A DNA stretch of 58,251 bases. Source: a virus (Duplodnaviria > Caudoviricetes). The notes beneath the pieces were generated by a model. That model ran no database searches. It was given only the letters and a program-made list of their open reading frames with translations, and had not been told where the DNA came from. Where the stretch lies: the IMG/VR virus record IMGVR_UViG_3300017708_002093, positions 1-58,251 of that record. One strand, 5' to 3'. Both the position numbers and the translations under genes were made by a program. Position 1 is the first letter of the stretch. Each line of letters opens with the position of its first letter. This document shows, piece by piece, positions 19,858 through 29,500 of the stretch.

Positions 19858-20859
19858 TTAAAATGTAGTATCAAATCCAAAACTATCGCCCAATTCTATG
19901 AGGTCGTTATCTGCGGATGTGATAAGTTTAACATCAGTTCCAAGTACATGCTGAGTAATTGGAGTTCCATAAGAACCTCTTTCTACTTGAATTTGTGTAC
20001 CATCAACGGCAGTAATTTTCATAGTTTCTGAATCAATAGTAATGTATTCGTTCACGATCAATTGAGAAGCATCACCTACATTAAAGATGTCTGTGGAAAT
20101 TTCCAAATCACTAGAGAGTGTTGTTGCTATATTATTGGTATAACTTTTTGTTGCAACAGGTTCTGTTCTATAAGTAACATCTCGGATAGAACCGTTTGAA
20201 TCTCCAGAAACAAAACCAATAGATGCCTTTTTGATAATGTCTTTGGAAGAATCTGAAGGAACTGGTCCAAAGAGATATGTTTTTGCAGTAAATCTAAGAG
20301 TATAAATTAATGCTCTTCTGGAACTGAAATCTCCTTCATAATCATCATCAAAATTAATATTCGTTAGAGTAAATGGAATATCTTTTTTTTCTCCAATAGA
20401 ATCAACTAAATCTATAGTTACTGTATATGCTGGTTGGAAGTACGGAAGAATTTGTTCTACAATCTGTAAAGCATCATCATTCTGCTTTGTCATAATACTC
20501 AGTTCAAATTCCATGTTGTATGGAACTGGCATAAAAACTTTAGCTACTTTAGAACTATCAGTTTTTAATGGAACTAAAAATGACTGAGTAGTAGTAACTT
20601 TTCTAGAAGAATCGTAATTAAGTCCAGTAAACTCAAATGACATTCTAGGTAAAGTAATCTGAGTTGGATTATTCAAATCATCTGGAGATTGATTTAATCT
20701 CGCAAGAAATTTTTGAGTAGGTCCATACGCAAGAGGAACTTTAATTTGTGATATAATTTGATTAGAACTATTTCTTTGTTTAATAATAATGTTATTAAAC
20801 AAAGTTCCAAAACCAATTACAGTTCTTCTAAGAATTTCGTGATAAAAATATTCAAACAT
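19858..20859 (-). CDS. gp15: Tail sheath stabilizer/terminator, with C-terminal extension
   Basis: YFYH...R.VI.FGTLFN, VPLAYGP.QKF, LPRMSFE, PVPYN, QIVEQILPYFQP. Confidence 0.95.
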   Translation of the reverse strand: MFEYFYHEILRRTVIGFGTLFNNIIIKQRNSSNQIISQIKVPLAYGPTQKFLARLNQSPDDLNNPTQITLPRMSFEFTGLNYDSSRKVTTTQSFLVPLKTDSSKVAKVFMPVPYNMEFELSIMTKQNDDALQIVEQILPYFQPAYTVTIDLVDSIGEKKDIPFTLTNINFDDDYEGDFSSRRALIYTLRFTAKTYLFGPVPSDSSKDIIKKASIGFVSGDSNGSIRDVTYRTEPVATKSYTNNIATTLSSDLEISTDIFNVGDASQLIVNEYITIDSETMKITAVDGTQIQVERGSYGTPITQHVLGTDVKLITSADNDLIELGDSFGFDTTF

Positions 20860-20879
20860 TGTCTCTATTTACAATAATT

Positions 20880-22295
20880 TTAAGGCATTCCAAAAGGATT
20901 TCTCTCTGTGAAATCTAAAATACCATCTGCTTCAATTTGAATTTGGTTATTATCTTCATATTGACCAGATTTATTTGTAGAATCTCCAGAATCTTCTAGG
21001 TTATCTGTATTTAGTATTCTTAATGAGTAAGATGCTCCGGACTCTTCACCAACTAAAGATTCACCATTTACAAAGTCTCCATTTATGTTAGCAACTTCTA
21101 GGATATTTGTAACTGCATTCCAAGATTTAACTCTTCCAGTAACTCCACTCGAAGAACCGGTAATAATCTCATTATACGAATAAGTACCAGAACCTCCAAG
21201 AGAAACTGGATCCCCAATAACTATAGTTGGAAATTCTGTATAACCATAACCAGCATTAATGATTCTTATTTGACTAATAGTGCCAGCAGCACTTACAACA
21301 GCATATGCTTCAGGGGAAGTAGATCCAACTCCAACAAAAGAAACTGGTGGAGGTGTTAAATATCCTCCACCACCATCAGTTACAGTAATAATTCCTATAA
21401 CTCCATCATTAATGTATGCAGTTGCTTTTGCTCCCGAACCTGGTTCTCCATCAGTAAAAAAAAGAACTTTAGGTGGTACAGTATAACCAGAACCTACATT
21501 GGCAAGTTCAACACCCTGAACCATAAGCTTAGATTTATTATCTGGACTACAAGAAATAAGTCCCCCCAACATTGTTGCAATTCCAATAGCAGTTGTTCCT
21601 ACATCAGGTGCCGATGAGAAGGATACTCTTGGTACACTTAAATAATTTTTCCCTCTATTAGTGACATCAACATACTGAACAGCACCATTTACAATGTTTG
21701 TAACTGCAGTTGCAGTAGAACCTGCACCAATCATTTGTAATGTCTGAATGTAACCAATTTCTTTAGTATTATCGTCAATAAATTCTATATCTGTATCAAT
21801 ATCTTCATCTTGATATCGGTATAGTTCACACTTTAATTCATAAACATAATTCTTTTTGAGTTGATAAAATGGTTGTTCATGTTCAACATACTTAATTTCA
21901 AATAATCTATCACCTAATGGGAAATAAATTAAATCTCCCTCTTTAGGTCTACTGGTAAGTTTTACATCAGGTATATTTTTTGATAATGGTCCAATATAAT
22001 TTTCGTATCTTTCTTTCGAAATAATCAAAGTGAGGTCATCAATTTCCTGTATACCAAATTTAGAAAGTAGAGTTCCTTGCCCACCGTATCCATCATAATT
22101 ATCCACATAAGCTTCAATTGGATAGGCGTTTCTGAATTCTGATTCAATAACTTCTTTCATAATGGTTTTTTCAGTCACATATCTTCTAGGAAGATAATAA
22201 ACCTCAACACCATAAATTTTTAATTGTTCGTTAATAAGGTCTTGAACAAGACCTTGCTCTCCTGCAGAACCCTGGAGAAAAAATGGATTTAGCAT
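20880..22295 (-). CDS. gp14: Neck protein (head completion) with inserted GxGY repeat domains
   Basis: NPFF, G.EVYYLPR, SKFG, RPKEGDLIYFP, FEIKYVEHE.PFYQL, DFTE.NPFG. Confidence 0.94.
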   Translation of the reverse strand: MLNPFFLQGSAGEQGLVQDLINEQLKIYGVEVYYLPRRYVTEKTIMKEVIESEFRNAYPIEAYVDNYDGYGGQGTLLSKFGIQEIDDLTLIISKERYENYIGPLSKNIPDVKLTSRPKEGDLIYFPLGDRLFEIKYVEHEQPFYQLKKNYVYELKCELYRYQDEDIDTDIEFIDDNTKEIGYIQTLQMIGAGSTATAVTNIVNGAVQYVDVTNRGKNYLSVPRVSFSSAPDVGTTAIGIATMLGGLISCSPDNKSKLMVQGVELANVGSGYTVPPKVLFFTDGEPGSGAKATAYINDGVIGIITVTDGGGGYLTPPPVSFVGVGSTSPEAYAVVSAAGTISQIRIINAGYGYTEFPTIVIGDPVSLGGSGTYSYNEIITGSSSGVTGRVKSWNAVTNILEVANINGDFVNGESLVGEESGASYSLRILNTDNLEDSGDSTNKSGQYEDNNQIQIEADGILDFTERNPFGMP

Positions 22296-22299
22296 TTGT

Positions 22300-23130
22300 T
22301 TATCCGATCATGTCTAAAGGTGGAAGTTCATAAGTTGAAGACATTTGATCCATTATCGTATCAAGTTCTCTCTGTCCATCATCATACATTTGCCTTCCAT
22401 TCAACTCAACTCCTCCCGGAAGTTTTACTCCTTGAAACTTAATTAAATTTTGTCCCCACTGACGTTTAATTAAAGAAGTAAGATATTTTTTAAGGAATGA
22501 ATCATTCCAAACTTGAGAGTAATCATTTGGGTTCATCATTCGATAACAATCAATTACGAAATAATCTCCGACTGATACACTAGACCAATCAATGTCTAAA
22601 TATAATCTATCTTGTCTTTTATTAAATCTTATTTGCTTTTGAGTATTCAATAAGAAATCAATATCTTCCAAATACGTTTTAGTCATCGCATAAGTAAGAA
22701 GTTCAGTTGATCCCCAATAATAAATGTCGTTCAAAAATAATTGATACTTAATACTAAACATTCCAGATGAGACTGAATTAGAACCTCCAAAAGTGAAGAT
22801 TTTATTAACTCCTACCACAGAGTTAGGAACTTGAAGATAATTACTATTTTCATAAAAATTGAAGGTAGTTCCAGCTCCAACAGTAGAAATTGATGATATT
22901 CCAACTCCAGATAATCCTGTTGCTCTACCTCTATCAATATCTCCTTGTGTTACTTGATATTTTAAGAACGTAGGATAGACACCATCAAAATGCCTTTCTT
23001 GAAAATACTGAATTGCGTCATCCACAAGATCTTCAATTTGCTCTATTGCAACATTAATTTCTAAAACAGGGGCACCCAGTTTCCTTAAACTGTAATCTAT
23101 TAATTCTTGTCTGGTAGATGGTTGTGCCAT
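22300..23130 (-). CDS. gp13: Neck protein (head-tail adaptor)
   Basis: P.TRQEL.DY.LR.LGAPVLEINV, KRQWGQNLIKF.G..LPGG..LNG. Confidence 0.96.
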   Translation of the reverse strand: MAQPSTRQELIDYSLRKLGAPVLEINVAIEQIEDLVDDAIQYFQERHFDGVYPTFLKYQVTQGDIDRGRATGLSGVGISSISTVGAGTTFNFYENSNYLQVPNSVVGVNKIFTFGGSNSVSSGMFSIKYQLFLNDIYYWGSTELLTYAMTKTYLEDIDFLLNTQKQIRFNKRQDRLYLDIDWSSVSVGDYFVIDCYRMMNPNDYSQVWNDSFLKKYLTSLIKRQWGQNLIKFQGVKLPGGVELNGRQMYDDGQRELDTIMDQMSSTYELPPLDMIG

Positions 23131-23294
23131 TATAGTTTAAATACGACTTCTTGCTGTTTGAAGTATAATTTTAGATAAGACTTTGCTACATTTTTCAAAG
23201 TATCTAAATCATCTATACTATCTATGTCTCTAGCAATTTTCTCATATTCAAATGATTTAGATATTGTATCTAAATGAATGTTATTTGGATCCAT
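23130..23294 (-). CDS. Small 54-aa helical protein (MDPNNIHLDTISKSFEYEKIARDIDSIDDLDTLKNVAKSYLKLYFKQQEVVFKL)
   Basis: Hand-translated; TAATG coupling to gp13; fills the gap exactly. Confidence 0.7.
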   Translation of the reverse strand: MDPNNIHLDTISKSFEYEKIARDIDSIDDLDTLKNVAKSYLKLYFKQQEVVFKL

Positions 23295-23508
23295 CTGCAA
23301 TACTTCTCAATAAAGATTTAATTTCGCTAAGATCTTCTTTAATTGAAGAAACTTCTTCTTGAAGATCTTTTATTTTCTTAGTCTCGGATAATTTTTGCCT
23401 ATAAGATTGAATGTACTTTTTATAGTTTTCATAATCTGTACTTACTATCCCGTTAGATAATGAATCTCTAACGAGATGGTTTTTATCTTTTACTTTAATG
23501 TAATCCAT
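23281..23508 (-). CDS. Small conserved coiled-coil protein (MDYIKVKDKNHLVRD...)
   Basis: ATG start just after the stop of the 2614-aa gene; C-terminal coiled coil. Confidence 0.75.
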   Translation of the reverse strand: MDYIKVKDKNHLVRDSLSNGIVSTDYENYKKYIQSYRQKLSETKKIKDLQEEVSSIKEDLSEIKSLLRSIADGSK

Positions 23509-23509
23509 A

Positions 23510-26500
23510 TTATCCCTTTGGTTTGATAGTTGCAATTGCTCTCAATTCTTTCACTTCTGGTGGTACTGCCTGATTTTCAGATGCCATTACAATCTTGATA
23601 GAAAATGCATCAAACTCTGGCAAATCATCTACACTATATTCATAGTCTCTAAAGATTTGATTTGATGTTTCAGTAACTTTACTATCAGAAGATCCATCAT
23701 TCAGTGAATTATCAATAACTCTCTTTATTCCCTGACCATCTACACTATAGTTTGAATAACCTGGAAATAACTCATAGTTTTGTGAAATTTCAGTAGAATC
23801 AGATCTAAACAGTCTATAAAGAACTCTAACATCATTTTGATTAGTTCTACTTGCAGAAAGAAAAACTTTGAGAGAGTTTGCTGGAAGTTTCATTCTAACT
23901 GGTTTTGAGATGTAAATAGCAGCATGATCATCATCAAATAATGTTCTAGTGTTATCTGAAGTTGCGTATGTAGAATTGTCTCCAATTCCATTTGGATTAT
24001 TGACTAAATTACTGGTTAGAATAACATTAGTCTTAACTAAATCAATAACAGGAGAAACTAAAGAATTATTGGTGTTCATTAATATTTCCATAGTCAAAGA
24101 TTTGGAACCTGGAGATAAAGTTCCAATGTTCTTTTCTTCATTTACTTTAGAGCAAACAAATCTGGGTGATGACAGTAAATTAATTTCTCCGATAGAAACA
24201 TCTTCAAATCCTAAATCAGTAAATGAATTTTCATTTCCACCAACACTAGTTCCAGCAAAAGATCTCAATTTAGCATCCATTGATGTTTCTGAAGGAACTA
24301 TTGTTGCAAAATTTGGAGTAATTGCTTCATACTGAATGTTAGAACTAAGATTTGTGCCAGATCTTCCTTTCTGAACAGTTTCTAAGAAATATCTGTCATT
24401 TGTTCTATCTACGCCAATAGAAGTGCCTTCAAAGTCAGTAGCACCCATTTCGAGTTTGACATGGTAACTATTGAGATTAGTTGGATGTTTGGTTTGATCT
24501 ACCAAAGAAAGATTGTGAACTTTATTGATTCTTCTTAATGAAATTCCATTAAATTCATATTTTTCTACAGAAGATCCAATAGGATATGTTGGAGATCTAA
24601 CATCATTAAATGATCTTTGAGTGATTTGAAGTGTGTTATTAACAACATTGTTATACTCAACAAGTTCTTTTCCTATTAATGCATATCCTGGATTAGATGA
24701 GTCAACAGTATTTCCCTCGAAAGTATCAAATCCAGTAGCGTCTTCTAAACCAATTTCAGTTTCTGAAGCAATAATTTCTGTGGTAGTTTCGGATAAATAT
24801 CCTCCATCAAAAGTAGGTCTCATTTCTGAAATTCTCAGATAATTTTCTGGAGAATGCATTCCATGATTTACATGATAAATTTTCATGTGAAGACCGGTAT
24901 TATATTGATCGTCAATTACAGTTGAAGGTTTTACATCAGGACCAACATATGTAGTTATACCGGAAGAATTAATATAAGAAATGGTAGTAATACCAGTAGA
25001 GAACTGACCTTGAATATCTTCAACTATAAAAGTATTAGTTGATCCAATAGAAGTAACTTGGAACCTTGCCCCAAAACCACTGTTAATTGATGCATCTTCA
25101 GGAATTACTAAGACATCACCAACAGTATATGCATTTCCACCATCAGTAATGTTAATTACATTTACTTGACCATCAGAATTTGTATTTAACTCTGCTACTG
25201 CACCAAATCCATCTCCAGTCACTGATTCCAAAGAAATATTTGATAGAGTTGCAGAAGTACTATATCCCGTGCCAACAGTAAGAACTGAAGCACCAGAACC
25301 AACTAAAATACTTCCACCTATTGCAACTAAAGTTCCAGTTGCAGATCCTTGAACTAAAGATACTCCAGGAACAACATCTTGATCGTATGTAGTAGTATCA
25401 AAACCAACAATTGATTTCTTGGAAAGAGGGAGTAATTGATTTGCGCCAGTTACAGTTATTTTCTTATTAGACTTTGCAAGTGTTGGATTAAAAAATCTAA
25501 CTAGTCCTTGAGGTTTAAAATTAGCTCTATAAATCTTATATTTAAGATCTTCTAATTGGGATGGCGTCCAAACTGATCCATTTTGCGATTTAAATAGACT
25601 CCCCAAAGTATATTGCTGTGATAATTTTATTCCAGTGGTAATGTCGTTCTGACCTAATTCAGAAATAAACACCCTATAATTAGGACTTCCCGAAAGGAGA
25701 ACTATGGCATATTCTGATGATTGCTGAGATCCAATAGGTGCTTGCCTAGTTTGTATTTCCTTAGGTCCATTCAAATAAACTGGTGATGGGAATCTTATTC
25801 TTGTAGGAACAGATCCATCAATAGAAAGATTAACTTGACTTGGTTCTAAAGTAACTTCGGAGAATGGAACAACTAATGTGCTAGGAACTCCAGCAATCAT
25901 TGGTCTAATTTGGAACGTTACTGGAACCTGATTGTCTTTAGTTTCAAAATAAATATCACAAGATGTTAAGAAAATTCCAGAAGCATCACGTACATAAAAT
26001 GATTGTGCTAAAGGATCCCATTGCTCCCAAGATCCAAATTGCCCATTATTATTATTACTATTATTAGTAGTAGTTGCAGTTGTAGTATTGATTGTAGTAT
26101 TTGTAATATTAGTTGTGTTTTTTACTCTTTCCGGAATTATTGTGATATTTCTTGTTGTAGTAATTGTAGTTTCTTCAATATTACGAATCCCGGAAGAAAT
26201 ATACTCTGCTTCCGCTGAACTTTCATTAACTCTTTGATTTGGTATAAATTCATCAAATTTTAATCCAAGATCGCTTAAATTTGGAGTGTCAATAACAGTA
26301 AACGTGTTTTCTCCATTTATCCATTTTGGATTTCCAACTACGTTTGGATTTGGTATGAATATAGAACCAATAAGTCTTCCAGCATTATCTGAAATTAATC
26401 TCACTTTGGTGACTTTTGCTACAGCACCAGAACTATTTCCAATTAGAGTCATTTGCTCGTTAATCAAACCAAAATACTCAGTTTCTGCAGGTAATTGAAG

Positions 26501-29500
26501 AGCAAGAGTATCTACATTTAGGAAAGTTGAAGATTCGCTGTAAGTATTTTCAATTATCTGTTGAGTATAAGGATTCAATGTGTAAATGCCAGGATCAAAA
26601 GCAGGAGAGAATCCAGTAGGAGCTACATTACCAACTTCAAGTTGTCCAATATTATTTTCAAATACAGATCCATCAAAAGGTCCTGTTTTATGATTTGGTT
26701 TACATAATCTAAATGCAATTTGTGCTTCTGTATCGAAAGGACCACTAACAATAGTTTCCCCAACTTCAAATTTACCAGAAATCATTTCAATTTCAAGTAA
26801 TTTTGGTACGATATAATTGCTAATGTCAATACCTTCGAAGAAAGGATAAAATCTAGTAACGGGCTTTAAACCACGAACATCAAATTCTATATTTCTACTC
26901 CTAGTAAATCTTACTGTTTCTGTAAAGTTTGAAGTAGACTCTGATGTGGATTCATTAATTGTTATTTCTGGGGGAATAGTTATTGATGTTACTGAAACTT
27001 CTTGTGATACTTCTTGTGTTGTAACTACATCTGTTGTTTGATCAGTATCTTGAATGTTTCCTCCAAAAGGATCAAAAATAATCGTACCCCAACCAAGACC
27101 ACCACCTCTATCAATTCTTTTGAAGAAGTCATTGGCAGCATCCGGAGGAAGCAATTGTGAAATTAAATCCCTATCTTGTTGAGTAGTACTGTTGAAATCT
27201 ACTGTTAATCTTAATTTGTTATCTGATGTAATACCATTACCTCGATTACCAGCGCTTCTCCGGTTAGAATTTAATACTCCTGGTGGTGAAACTGGATAAC
27301 CTCCAATTGAAGTAATCCCATTAAGAATTGTCTGTGCGTTTAGTATCCATTCATCTGGATCAGACCCTAACTGAACATTAGTTTCATCTATAGCAACTTG
27401 CTCATCTATAACAACATCATTTACTATTGTTATATTTTCATCGGGAATTACATTGATAGTTTCATTTTCGATTACATTATTAGATGTTTTGAAAACTTCT
27501 TCAATCCAAGAATCAATTGGTGGAGTTAAAGTAATAAATCCTTCCCAATATCTTACTAAAAATGGTGTAACACTTTCAGTTTTTGATGCATATGGTTGAT
27601 CATAGTATACAATTTCATCATAATCTAATGTTACTAAATCACCCGTTTTTCTAATTCCAATAGATCCAAGATCACTTACATAACTTTGATCTACATTTGG
27701 ATTAAATGTACTTCCGACTCCATCTATTGCTTCAGACCCTAATTGTAAATCTATACTTGTGGTATAGTTTTTTGGTCGTATAGAAGAATTGCTGCTATTA
27801 TTAGCAATTCTTAAACTGGGATTAATTTTATCTTGATAGTCACTATTTGAAAAATTATCAACAAAAAATCCACATTTAAATCTATCAAGACCTGTATCGG
27901 CATCTTTAATTGTCAAAGTTTCAGTTTTTAATTCTAATAATGAAAGAGTTGTATATTTTTCTAGTCTATTAATTCTATTTTCTAATAAAGAGATATCTTT
28001 CATTCGGTATCTTTTATGTTCTGACATATCAACAGATACATTTTTAGTATTAAATGTATATGGAGGTATGTAGATATTTGCAATGTCTAAAGAATTTGTC
28101 TTAGAATTTGGAATAACTGGAGAATCTGATGGTATTCCTTCTATAATTTCAAACTTCCCATCGGGATTCAATATAACTTTATCAATTCTTCCAAGATAAT
28201 ATGAATAATTTAAAGTAATATTTTCTCCGGGAACAATGATGTAATTAGAATACTGTCCAGAAGAAGAGAAATTTCTCGAATCGAATTCAAATGGAGATTT
28301 AGTCGAAGAAGAGAATGGACCAACTCTTGGTCTAATGTCAATAAAATCAGATAATCTTGTATTGGCATAATATGGAACATTATGCTTAAAGTTATCAGTA
28401 GCATAACTATTAATTGTCATAACTTCTCCAGTATCTGAAGAATCTATAGTATAATTTTGAAATATGACTTTTAATTTTCTCTTTGGTTCTTCTACATTTC
28501 TTTTCCTAACTAATCTGGAATAATCATATAAAGTGTCTCTTTGACCATCATCTAAGAAGTAATTATCACTGACATTTTTACTTCCTCTTACTTTAACAGA
28601 CACTATTGCTTCTATCGAAGACTCTTTACCAACAATTACTTCTCCTATAGAGAATTTGAATGTATTTAAGTGAACATACTCTAACTTGTCAGTGTCTTTT
28701 CTGCTTACTACTAATCCAACTGCACCAGAAGATTTTCCTCTAATTTCTTCTCCGATAATAAAGTCTGAATTTATATTTGATGGTCCACTAAATGAACTTA
28801 AAGTCAAGTTTGGTAGGATTGGATCTAATGTATCAGTAGATTCATAAATTGCCAAGAATCTCAAAACATCAGGAACATTTAAACTTATCTGTCTATCTTG
28901 AACTCTAGTTCCATAGAGATTACTATAGTTTAATCCATCATTTAATGTAGTAGTTCCAATACCAGATGAAACAAGTTTAGAGTTTTGTATTGTAATGGAA
29001 GAAGTTTTATTTAATTTTTTAGATTTTGAAGTTAAATCTAGATTCTTAACTGTAGAAATTAGTTCGTAATCACCAGAAGACTTAGTGAGATTTGAAAGAG
29101 TGACAGTTTTTCCGGAAATATCTAGTAAAAACTGATCTCTTCTTAATTTTTCATATGAACCATCAGTGTAAGATAAGACATACTTATCCTCATCAAAAGA
29201 CTCAAAGAAAATATCGGTATCTTCTGATGGAATATTTACTTCAATAGAATTTAAATTAAAAGTTCCAGTAAAAGTTCTTCTTTGAAGTATTTCATTTTCT
29301 GTAAAATTTAATGAAGAAACATTTATGTTGTTAAGTTTGGTCATCATTCGACCAGAACTTGGAATGTTAGATTGTATTTTTAATATATTTGTTACACTTT
29401 GCGTGGAATTAGATAATTGCCCATTGCAAACACCACTAACTGATTCTATAGATTCTATCTCAAAGAAGGTTCCACCTACACTAACATTAGTAACTTTATT

